This document shows, piece after piece, positions 53,001-64,000 of a DNA stretch of 64,000 nucleotides (positions are counted from its first letter, which is position 1; every line of letters begins with the position of its first letter). The notes beneath the pieces were generated by a model that saw nothing but the letters and a program-made list of their open reading frames with translations, was not told the origin of the DNA and did no database searches. Source of the DNA: Antedon mediterranea. Taxonomy: Eukaryota > Animalia > Echinodermata. Made by a program: the position numbers and the translations under genes. The stretch is from positions 22,518,070-22,582,069 of the forward strand of contig NC_092671.1 of the NCBI RefSeq assembly GCF_964355755.1, given 5' to 3'.

Positions 53001-54160
53001 TCTACAATCTAATAGCTTCCAGAAAACGTTGTAATCATGATTATCACTTTTTATTCTGACGAGCTATAACAGATTAAAATTTACTGTAAAGATGAAAATA
53101 TGTGACCCAGGTTATTTACATTTTTAGACATGATGACGTCATAAAAATTAAAATATTTTTAACTCATGCGAAAGATGATTGATTGACCTAGACAATATAA
53201 AAATCAAAGTGAAAATAAAAAACGGATAAGTGGAGATGCGCTCCATTAAATGTGATAAGCTATGACGAAAGATACAAAAATCCTATATTTTATATTCGTG
53301 TGGCCATACGATGACGTCACAATGTCCGGTTAGCCATATTAATGCATGCTTCGATATCTACAACTCACCAACTTCAAGAATATGTAATAAAAATAACTTT
53401 CACCTTTTAGTTTAAAAACTACGACTGTTTAAAAAAAGGCATAATTTTGACAAATTGTTGAAATTTTTCATCAAAAATTCGCACAAATTGTTCAATTCGA
53501 CGTGCTCGTATGACGTGATTTTAAGTCGAAATTGTTTAAAAGTTGGTAAAATTACTAAAAAAAGGCTAGAAAAACATAAATCAGGAGAAAAAAATATGTT
53601 TTCAACGCTACATGAGCACCGCGCACGTAAAAATTTGCGGGCGCGTGGGAATTTTTGACATGCTTAAAATTACATGAAACGGGTAGAAAGTTGATTAGAA
53701 ATTAATTTTGCGCATTTTGAAATTTTAAATGCGCGTGCACGCATAACTTTCTTGTAAAACATGCCATTTTTAATCCACAAAAATGTTGCGCTTGATATGA
53801 CTTAAATTTTCACAAAGTGTAAAAAAAAAATTATGCTTGGTTTTTAATCTATGATCAATCATTGAAATTCATAAAATCGCACGTAAGTCATGTTGTGCAA
53901 CTCTGACGTATTTAAAAAATACATGCTGAACAACTTCATATAAATGTTCATATGTTGACAAAGTTATGAAATGTTATGTTAACACGTTTTAGAGATACAG
54001 GAGCCACAAAAAAGTGGAGGAAAGAAAGAAGAAAAACATAGAAATTGATCCAGTACAGTTACAAGGAGTTATCCGCTCAATGCGGATAACTAATAATACA
54101 GAAAAAAAAGATGATTTCATACAATTACAAGGAGTTATCCGCTCATAGCGGATAACTAAA
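47021..54160. mobile_element. Cluster of Helentron-associated non-autonomous elements: A1 47021-48592, A2 48593-50099, B1 50100-51371, B2 51372-52758 (+) and A3 ~52770-54160 (-)
   Basis: 5' subTIR TAGTTATCCGC with an adjacent IR and a T/C-rich microsatellite; 3' GCGGATAACTA or ATGATCACCTA, then hairpin TCGTCA-AAG-TGACGA and CTAG|TT. The copies align end to end. Confidence 0.85.
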
Positions 54161-54220
54161 AAACATTGTTTTGACATCGGCGACAGATATAGTCTTTTAA
54201 ATATATTTTACTCTCAGTTA

Positions 54221-54270
54221 GGGGGTGCGTCTTATATACAGGTGCGACTTATACACCGAAATATACGGTA
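54221..54270. mobile_element. Terminal fragment of a Tc1/pogo-like MITE
   Basis: GGTGCGTCTTATA...GGTGCGACTTATACACCGAAATATACGG|TA. Confidence 0.5.
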
Positions 54271-55116
54271 CTTCACTCAGTTTCTGTGTGCTTTCATTTG
54301 TTTGTTAGCAGGATTACTCAAAAAGTTATTTTTACCAAATTGAAACCACTGATAGATACGTGGCCACTCTATTAAATTTTGGAGGCAATCAGGACCAGGA
54401 TCTCAATTCTGGACCACTTTTAAAAAAAAATAATTAAAATATAAATTATTAAGATCAACAAATAAATATCAATGAACTAGAAATCATTGTCTTAGAAATT
54501 AAGAAATTAATTGTACACCTTTCTTTTTTAATCTGTTGGTATCGTCCTCCTAATATAGTTCAAACTTAAGTATTTTTGAAAATGTTGATCTTTTATTAGA
54601 AAGTACAGAATCTACAAATGATATCATGGTTGTCGGTGATGTAAATTATTATTAAATTATCCCCTAAAACAGATCTAGGCCAGTTTGCCGACTCCCAATT
54701 TGTTGACTGGCTATGTAAATGGGTGTATCACATAGCCTAGTCGGAACACAAAAAATCCACATTGCCAACAATAATAAAACTATGAAAAATCATACTTTAA
54801 TCAATGGTTTCTTTTGAGATACCTTGGTGTTTTGTCATGTCCATTTCATATGCAAAAATGAAACAAGAAATATTTCTTACAAAAAACGCTGCTTGCTTAT
54901 TGACGTAACAGTTTTAAAGATATATTGTCCCTCTGAAAAATATTTTTTATTTCAAATTTGTTTTTGAATTTTGTCATTTTATTGTCACATAATAGTTATT
55001 TTACCTGAAAAAAATGTAATTAAAAGCAAAAAATACTTCAATTGTCTGTCAGACAATGGTTTTTGAGTTATAATTAAACGTTTCTTTTCTCTTTTTATAA
55101 TGTGAATTTTGTTACA

Positions 55117-55163
55117 GAAGTGAATAACTTTGAAGTGAATAACTTTGAAGTGAATAACTTTGA
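55117..55163. repeat. 15-bp tandem repeat x3
   Basis: GAAGTGAATAACTTT repeated three times. Confidence 0.95.
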
Positions 55164-55491
55164 TATGAAACAGACTCAATTTAGTTTATTTTATTGCTAA
55201 GATCAAGTGTGGAGGTCACTTCATCACGCCTTAGATACTTCAAGTGTGAAGTGTCATATTACAAACAAAAACTTTCCTGGACTGTTTTGATAATAATTCA
55301 ATGATTATCTGACAGCGAAATACAAAAATGTCAAAGTGTAGTACTATAACTGCTGCTTGATTTCCTCTAATAAATGAGTCATCTCGTGTGACGTAGCGGG
55401 CTAGAGCAGCAGCGGGAAAAATCATGAGCCTAGCTAACTGCTAAGCCAGCTATCACAAGGCCATAGACTAGGCCAAGCTAAGCTATACAGC

Positions 55492-58400
55492 CATGGAGTA
55501 AAGAATAAGAGGAGACACAACTTGAATAGTTCAGTCAGTTCATCGTGTTTACCGCTTGCTTAAGGCTATGCTTGTAATGAGTATTTAAGGAGGTGCTAAA
55601 CACTGCCGTTACGTAACCCAATTAGCAAAGAGTTACAATGTTTACTGCCCGCGGTCAATTTTGGTGTTAGTACACATGCGTATTAGGACGTTACAATACT
55701 CTTGCTAGGCGATGTGCGTTCAAGCGTGAAAGGTGTACTATATACTGTTTGTAGACCTACTGAACTTGTATTCCGACCTTGTTTATTAATTTTTATTAAA
55801 AAGCAGCGCTATATATATATTCTACTGGATATCTTTAATTAATAAATTAATAATACGAGTTTTATACGGCACCAATAAAGGAATTATATTTATATGGTTT
55901 ACTGTGTACTAAATGTTGGTAATTTCTCCAGACAACTTATCATGAATCATGATGAATTAATGGGTTTAATAAGGACCAGTGGTGGTGCCAGCGGGGGGCT
56001 ACGGGGGCTGTATCCCCTCGTCGTCTCCCCCCCCCCCTTCCCCTTCCCCGTCTGGGAAACGCGAGTACTTATCGTCGGGGAATATAATATACAGTAAAAA
56101 TCATTCGCGTTCACTTCGTATAACTTCAGCGCCTAGAAAAACCGCGACGTTCTATTTTTTTTAGTATTGTACGTTGGTGGAGCGGAGAGCTATTGCACTT
56201 TGCATGCATTATTGCCAGCGATCTAATAAACAATGAATAGGTACGCACTTGTCTGGCGGTTCCCCTTTGTACGAATTGTTTAACATTGGACCTGCTCCAT
56301 TGCGGTTTACGTGTGATATCATGTTCCATCCAGGGACCAGAATGTGTACTGTACTAGTTACTTTCCAGGCGAAGTTTACAGCCGCGTCAGTCGTGATCGA
56401 CGTACGCAATACAGCAAAAGGGTACGAATAATGTTGGCGATCTATTGTTCGTATGTCCGATTTTTTAATTTTACGATTAACCGCTATGTACCGAACTGTA
56501 CATAATCCTTTTAAAGCCCCATTCCCTACGTTTTTTAGATCTAATTTAAGATCACAAACTATATTTAATGTAAAAATAATACTATATGGTCCTATTGCGA
56601 TAACTTTTTTCGTCTTTAAACGGTTAAAAATGTGAAAAATAAGTCGATTTTAATAATTATAGCGGCCCGCTATAAATCCCAAAATGCATTGCGCGCGGAT
56701 TGATATTTTTGTTTTTCATCTGTAATTCGCCCACTTTTCGATCGATCGTGAGGCCAAAACAAATGGAAGACTCCTAACTTTTCAGCGAAAATACCGGGTT
56801 TTCCCCAATTTGTATCAACGGAGTCTGGCAAAAATAGAAAGACAATTAATGCAGCAACTATACAACGTCAGGCTAGGTATATAGCTAGAGTACGATGTTC
56901 GTACGTTACCGATGTTTACCAGCTAGGCCTACAAAACTAAGCCTAGCCAGGCTAGGCCTAAGACCGTCCACGAGAGGTCGATCGCCGCGAGCTACTTAGG
57001 TAGTGCATTGTTTCTCACGTTTTATCATAATTTACCATAAAACGTACATTTAAGACAAGGAATGACATGGTTTAATGTTTTTAAAGTGATATATATGTAT
57101 TATTTTCCAAAAAACGTCCAAAATTGCAGGGAAGGGGTCTTTAAACAATGGCTTATAATTACAAAAGAGCATAGACTATATTTGTAATTGAATTAAAACA
57201 ACCAACACATATCATTTGTAGTTGTTGTTACGGGTTGATACTAAACCAATATTCTCGTAGTACCGTACCATTTTATACCATATAAAACCGAAAACTAAAA
57301 CTAATTGATTAATTTCTTCTTTAATAAAATATTACTACTATTTGTTTTCTAACGTTATTACAATTATTAATATATTAATATAGACCTACATAAAAAAAAC
57401 CTATTATTATTATTGATATTGTTTATTGTTACTATAGGCGCGCCTATGCCTGAACCTATTAGGCCTACCGGTTACGGTATGCACTAAATATGTCCATCAT
57501 TATGGGATTAAATATTATCCTTATTTAGGCTATTTATTAAATAATAATATATTACGAACTACTAGGCCTATGTGTAGCCACAAATCGTTAAACGATATAT
57601 AATTTAAGTCCTACAATTTCACTGAACTCTAAGTATGTGATCGTAAAAATCATATATTTTATGATATTAATATCATAAATAATTTAATTATACAATATCA
57701 GACTAAAATAGAAGAATTTTAGTTTTGCTAAACAGTCATAATATAGACTGAAACATAAATTAAATGTCATATACAGTAATAAAAATAAGAAATTGTGTCG
57801 TTGGAATTCTAATATACGTATATTTTTGAATATTCATGAGAACAAATTATATAATTTTTTTCATGCGCGCATTTGCGCACACTAAAATGTGATTTTAAAA
57901 TAAGTTGGAGTCTTTAATATGCTACAAAATGCACTAGGGTTCGTAAATTAAAAAGTTGCTTAAACGGTAAAATTTCGATTTACCAAATGATACGTCTATG
58001 GCTTGATAAAAAATATGATTAATTTGTTAGCTGGTATAAAAACTGCGATATCTCCGTGAAAATTTACTCGATTTTTAAACGGTTTTTTCGAGAAAAAAGC
58101 TCAAAGAACAATGAACAACTGCACAAAGGTCATGCTTCACTATGATGTATTAGAAACTACTGCGCAGCCTCTGTTTACTTTTTTTGTCACCGATGTCATG
58201 CCTGGCTTCTTCCTTAATTAGAGTGTTACGTAATCAGAGCCAACTCTGCAGCGAGCTGCACGGGTAAACAGGATGTTCTTCAAAGGATCGTTATGGGAAG
58301 TTTATTACCCTATGCTTAAGCACTACCGCACAGCGTGATACTAATTGGATTAACTGGATAGCTAGGCCGTGTTGTGCCTCCTCTTATTCTTTACTCCATG
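55492..58400. mobile_element. P-element-like non-autonomous transposon
   Basis: 30-bp TIRs CATGGAGTAAAGAATAAGAGGAG(A/G)CACAAC, CAT...ATG termini, 7-bp TSD ATACAGC (55485-55491 / 58401-58407). Confidence 0.85.
56515..57140. mobile_element. Kolobok-like MITE nested in the P-like element
   Basis: TTAA TSD on both sides; TIRs AGCCCCATTCCCTAC / AGACCCCTTCCCTGC begin with AG. Confidence 0.75.
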
Positions 58401-58501
58401 ATACAGCCCAGCAAACTCACACAAGGTGAAGGTGAAGGTTGATCGTATTAATGTATGGTGTCACCAATGAAACAATTATTTTTAAATACAACACTACATT
58501 A

Positions 58502-59939
58502 GTGCCGTTTTCGGCCACCTCGACTTATATGGACTATACCATTATAAAATGATGGGAAAATAGGGGTGTCCCATTTATTTATTGAGTGTGTTAATGTGTT
58601 AAAATACTGCTGCTTTTGTTCTTATTTTAGTGCATTATGTTTCAGTAACAAAGAAAAAACAACTTCACTTCACTTCACGCTGTAGAATTAATTTAAGTTT
58701 TCAAGTTAATACAGTATATTATGGCTCTTTATTTCTATATAATTTTTAGGTATCCTTCCCTAATGGATATTAGGTGGATTCCCTAAGGTGGATATTGAAT
58801 ATTTTTTACGGATTTATAGATTACAGAAAGTATATAAATCGTAAAGAAATTAGTTGTTTTTTTTCAGTTACAAATAAAAAAATATAATTTATCTAACGAT
58901 CACACAGTAGTACATTTAATAAAGATCTATCATATAATCTATAATAAGATCTATCACATACTGATTATTAGGTAATCAGTAAAACAAATAAACAATTATA
59001 ATTTTGTCAATGAATCTGTACCATTTTGTTTCCAGAAAACACAGAACAAAACGTAATCGAAACGTTTGACAGTGCGTGTTTTTAGGTTTGGTTTTTCTAA
59101 AACGTTTTAAACACGTTTTTAAACGTTTGTGTGTAAAAATACATGTTTTAATTGAACAACGTTTGCATCAAAACGTTATAATAACGAATGCATAACGGAG
59201 CTGATAATGTCGCCATGAAGAGGATGATTGGTATGGAACGCCTCCTCTGCCTTCAGTTCACATTTATCATGCAGTACACACCAATGGTCATGCAGTACAC
59301 ACCAATCGTCATGCAGTACACACCAATCGTCATGCAGTACACACCAAACGTCATGCAGTACACACCAATCGTCATGCAGTACACACCAATCGTCATGCAG
59401 TACACACCAAACATCATGCAGTACACACCAATCGTAATGCAGTACACACCAATCGTAATGCAGTACACACCAATCGTCATGCAGTACACACCAATCGTCA
59501 TGCAGTCAAATATTGCGTAATTTATACCGCCACCTATCGACAAAATCGAATATCACATTACGTTTATTAGACGGCTGTAAAACTAAGGTCATCGACTCTA
59601 AAGATTTATTTTATGCTCGACATACTGTACTTATTTTAACCGCTACACATCTCTGTGAATGCTCTGTTTTTTATATATACAATAATTTATTATGCGAGAC
59701 ATAGGCGCGGCTAGGAGGCCATTGCAATTATTGAATTCCATAAAAGAAGAACAGAAAAAGAAATAAATAGTCTTAGTTTTACAACCTTCTAGTTGTAGTT
59801 TGTACTGTAGGTTACATAACAGAACAATTGTATTGTCTTCCTATTCAATAGACACCCTTCTCTACATAAACATAATACACCACACCCCTATCATAATAAT
59901 GGTATAATCCATATAAGTCGAGGTGGCCGAAAACGGCAC
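58502..59939. mobile_element. Non-autonomous TIR element (possibly Harbinger-like)
   Basis: ~43-bp TIRs GTGCCGTTTTCGGCCACCTCGACTTATATGGA(C/T)TATACCATTAT. TSD ambiguous (TTA / TGA). Confidence 0.75.
59267..59506. repeat. 21-bp minisatellite, ~11.4 copies
   Basis: TCATGCAGTACACACCAATCG with a few variants. Confidence 0.97.
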
Positions 59940-60297
59940 CTGATCCTTCACATATTATAGATTATATTATAGATCTCAGATTGGGTGCACTCATACAATT
60001 CTGCTGCTTTAAGAGTTCCTTTTGCCTAAATATGATGACAAAACGATTATTTACGCTAAATATTGTCTATTGGTACTTTACAATTTTATTTTTAAAAAAA
60101 ACTTGTGGTCCATTAAAAATAAATTAGTCCATGGAGGAAGTCTAAATGGTGATACCAATAGTGATACCTACAGCGCCCCACAGTAGGCATTATAACTACA
60201 GATTTCTTATAACGGTTAGTAGGGTTCAACCATATTTAAATTACCTACCAAAGAATGGAATTAATAAAAATATAATATTTACGAAAATTTTACTAAC

Positions 60298-60378
60298 CTG
60301 ATACTTTTTGAGTGAAGAAAGTATTTTCTTTGACTGCTTTTACACTACGCAATAATTTATTCCTGTGCCCAAGTGGTT
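60298..60378 (-). CDS. Candidate 81-nt coding exon resembling a SAM-domain C-terminal helix
   Basis: TTTTCTTTTCAG acceptor, CAG|GTTAGT donor, symmetric phase-1 exon reading PLGHRNKLLRSVKAVK (cf. SAM LGHR.KIL). Confidence 0.45.
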
Positions 60379-61084
60379 CTGAAAAGAAAAAGAATTATGC
60401 TCACCATGGAGAAATAAGTTAACTAACGTATTTCTACACGCTTTAATTTAGAACACGAACAATTTAAGAACTATACAGTATACAGGTGATATTTGTGATA
60501 CAGGAGTAGATTTTTATTTTAATAAAACAAAATACTGTACGTGCTAATACAACATGCACATACATTAAAACATTTGCAGAAAGTTTATGTTTTTGTATTA
60601 TTGTTATTGTATTATATGATCATACTTGGAGAATTTTCAAAATGGTGGCCAAAACAAAACGATAAAATATATTGGTAACAGGTAGAGGTACACTTTAGTG
60701 TCAAATTGCTCAGAACATGTGTTTCTATACTCATCATCTTGTCAGAAATGGCTAGAATCAACATTTCCGAATTATGACCTAGCATGCTCATATCTTGACG
60801 CAATGTTACCGGATATCACTTTAGGCTATGCATGCGCAGCAATCAAAGGCAAATTAAATTTGGTTATATGAAGAAAAATCGAAGAATTAAAAAAAATGTC
60901 CATGTATCGTCTGACACGACACACAGAGCTACAAATTGCAATCAAACTATCAACTAAATCTAACCCTCTAAATAATCTCCTCAACTATCAACTAAAAAAA
61001 CTCTTCCAATTATCCACTTAAAATACCCTCTAACAATTCTATCAACTTAAAATAACCCTCTAAATATTCTCTTCAACAAAGTAG

Positions 61085-61700
61085 AGCAGATAAAAGCTGT
61101 GCATATATGGATATACAGTATACTGTACTATTATATATGACACATAATAGGTACAACTCGCATTATAAGCGTATATTCATCATGTTATAGGATGGCATAC
61201 ATCAACTTTTTCCGATCGTATGTTAAAGTATATGTATGTTTAAAAAAAAATAATTTCATTAAAATTTTAAAAAAATGATCACCTATAATTCATCAAAGTG
61301 ACGAATTAAATTCTAGTTATTAGGTGATCATTTAGAATAAAATGATCACCCTGTTATTGTACAACTTAGCATTATATTAAGTGCATATTCATCATGTTTA
61401 TAGGATGGCATACATACATGTATGTTTAAAAAAATGTATTTCAATAAAATTATAAAAAAAGGATCACCTATAATTCGTCAAAGTGACGAAAATAAATTCT
61501 AGATTAATTAGTTGATCATTTAAAATAAAATGATCACCTATTGTTATTGTATGAAATCTTTATTCTTATTCTTATTAGGTGATCATTTAGAATAAAATGA
61601 TCACCCTGTTATTGTATGAAATCTTTATTAGGTGATCATTTAGAATAAAATGCACCAAGTGCGGATAACCCCTTGTTTTTGTCAGGATCTTTTTTTTCTA
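61085..61700 (+). mobile_element. Stack of HINE family-B termini, including a ~185-bp internally deleted mini-element (~61318-61502)
   Basis: 3' hairpin + CTAG ends near 61316 and 61502; four 5' ends TTAG(G/T)TGATCATTTA(G/A)AATAAAATG...; the last joins a family-A-like GCGGATAAC. Confidence 0.8.
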
Positions 61701-62945
61701 TATTCTTCTTTCTTTCCACGAATTTTGTTAGCAGCGTATCTCTAATTCTGACCAACATAAAAAAGGAGCTGGATTATGTGCTGCTGTTTATTTGCTCTAC
61801 TAAAAACAGCAAGAACTATGGAAAATTGGTATCTTGTTAACCTCTGATTAGAAAATCTGTTTCATGTAAAGCTTAAGGATTGCCTTGGAGTCAACAGACA
61901 TAAAACTACAAAGGTACTTTTTGTGATTTTTGGTGTATATTGATGCATTTTTCTAGGCTGAAACCAAGCCATCGAAAGCTTTCAACAAGCATTACAAAGA
62001 GCAAGCAAAGCTCTTTATAGACCTATTGTTTTAAACTAATAACTAGGGCTAAGAAGCAAGCCCTGTCTATTGTTATAGCTGAATAGTAAACAGGAAGTTT
62101 CTGTACCAAGCCAAGCTGATCCACAGGATCTAAAAATGGGGATATGACCGGTTGGGCCGCCGACAAGTTGAGCCACCGGTGATTTCTATGAAACGCCCAG
62201 TGCATGCGTCTTTTACGACATTTCGCGTAGTGATTAGGATGGTGTCCTAGTACATAAGTTCATGGTCTTGGTTTATTGTGTCATGAAAATAAATAATATA
62301 TAATTACATATTATAATTAACAACACAGCAAAGGAAAGTAGTAATATTTAATAATGTAATTGTTTTTAATCTTCGGCGAGGAAAAAATTCAGTGCACTCA
62401 TAATTTTTCTCGCCACGTGTAGGCCTACCACGTAAAGTCACGTTGTCCTCTCTCAGGACTAATTAATAGAGTATTAACATTCTTCGAATGAGGTTAAATA
62501 ACTATTATTTTTTATTTAATAATCTTTTAATATCATATTTTATTGAATTTTACAATGTTAATACACAAAATATTTGACTAAAAACGTGATTTTATGTAAT
62601 TATTTTACCGAAAAATGGAGTAAGCCTAGTTCATACAACTGCCGACTGAGGGGCAACATGTTTACGTCATTTTTGGCTAAAAACGATCACTTTCGGTGAT
62701 GTTTTATATTTTGGAATCTACAAGCCAGATTTTCATAATTATTTCTTTAATTATAATATTTAATAATATATATACTAAAAACCATGATATATAAACTTTT
62801 GAATGTACATCGATCCCTAATAATATAAATAGAACGAGCACCGGCGAAAGTTAGCATTTGGCGTTCCATAAAAAATAACGTTTTTCTGGTGGCGGCTCAA
62901 CTTGGCCTAATCCCTAAAAATGGTATCTTAAAACGGGATCCAGTC

Positions 62946-63051
62946 AAGTCGCCCCATCGCAGAGTCGCCCCATCGCAAAGTCGCCCCATCGCAAAGTCGC
63001 CCCATCGCAAAGTCGCCCCATCGCAAAGTCGCCCCATCGCAAAGTCGCCCA
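62946..63051. repeat. 16-bp minisatellite, ~6.5 copies, probably a transposon subterminal array
   Basis: GTCGCCCCATCGCAAA repeated, preceded by CGGGATCCAGTCAA. Confidence 0.9.
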
Positions 63052-64000
63052 CGGTTTTATTTCGGTATGATTATGAAGCGCCGCCGCTAGTAGTACGCTG
63101 TTTTAATCATATTGGTTGCGTTTGATATCGATTGCGTTGTTACTTTGGTCGCGCTAAATGTCGTATAGGCCTACATTATAATGTTTATTCTATTATATAC
63201 ATAATTTGTGTTTTAATTTTTATTTCACAGGTTTTAATGGAGTGATGTGCTTTTTAAAAATCATTAAAAAAATAGTCCCTTGTTTGAAAGTTCTAAAAAG
63301 ATTATCCCTGATTTATAGTTTCGAAAATGTTAATTTAATATGATTTTAAAATTAGTTACCAGAGCCACAATTACGAATCTTTCTTCAACCTACGCGTGGA
63401 TACCAGCTCATTTTTTAGGATAATATAATAAATGTATAAATGTGTAGTACTGTAGGCCTTCGTATAGATTTACAGTAGTTAAAACAATAACAGTGTTGTA
63501 AGACAATGAGTGTTATAGGCTACTTATTGATCATTTTGCATTTATTGACAAGTTATGTGTCTTAATTTTTATAATGACTTTTCAAAATGAAGAAATAAAA
63601 AAAAAAGGATTTCATCGCCGATATGATCATTTTATACATGCAGGTATTTTAGTAAAATTAAAACGCTACATTTTGACCATGGAAAACCATCGTATCGTGT
63701 GCGTGTTTTTTAAAAAGGGGAATCTCCGACGGGCAGCAGAAAGACGTCGTAGCAGCTGTGAGGAAACAGATACCAGAAGGCGCAGCTCCGATTGGTTTCA
63801 GAGAATGTTTCAGACCCGGTTTCAGATTGCGAGTCGCTTTTTATTCAACAGCAGAATGATCATTTTACTGAAGAAATTCTTTTCAACCCTTTTGGTTATA
63901 GAACATTCTAATTATCATGCCTAATAAATATCCTCATATCGGGTGTTTATTTAATTTTAAATTAAACAAGACAGTGAAGAGGCACAGAATAATACGTACA

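Noticed and set aside
47432-53658. Similar short ORFs (47432, 48942, 53455)
   Set aside because: They are chance frames within repeated non-coding HINE copies, with inconsistent starts and stops.
59188-59543. ORFs with MQYTPIV / SSCSTHQ / VYCMTIG repeats
   Set aside because: These are by-products of a 21-bp minisatellite that lacks stops in several frames.
61760-62030. Exon-like AG/GT blocks on the plus strand
   Set aside because: There is no recognisable protein motif and the introns are implausibly short.
62889-63125. 78-aa repetitive ORF
   Set aside because: It is the translation of a 16-bp tandem repeat.
63574-63924. 116-aa ORF near the window end
   Set aside because: No recognisable domain. 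It may be a frameshifted retroelement ORF1 start, but this cannot be supported from the window.

Overview
AT-rich eukaryotic (metazoan, probably marine invertebrate; inference) DNA that is almost entirely transposon-derived, with no intact host gene. Bases 1-19.7 kb are a nested stack. A decayed Crack/L2-group LINE on the minus strand abuts the 3' LTR of one Gypsy element and is split by a full-length second Gypsy (5380-18476). That Gypsy itself carries a Harbinger-type TIR element, a truncated CR1-like LINE, a tRNA-SINE and a near-intact single-ORF L2, each with a readable TSD. Further along are RTE and DIRS remnants, a fibrocystin-L (PKHD1L1-like) pseudogene fragment, a satellite fused to a Helentron-type 3' end, nested MITEs, a Penelope element with hammerhead-like motifs, a Gmr1-type Gypsy remnant, a 7-kb cluster of Helentron-associated non-autonomous elements (HINE-like), P-, Kolobok- and Harbinger-like MITEs, and one candidate SAM-domain exon. 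Four signals stand out: (1) an LTR whose putative intron is bracketed by a 64-bp direct repeat carrying the poly(A) signal, with the first copy folded into a long hairpin; (2) TGACGTCA palindromes phased at 177-178 bp in the HINE copies; (3) TA-anchored micro-insertions (TACAGTA, TACGGTA, TAGGCCTA) that look like pervasive transposon excision footprints; (4) templated, snap-back junctions at the LINE and Penelope insertions. All alignments and counts were done by eye, and family assignments rest on recalled motifs, not database searches.
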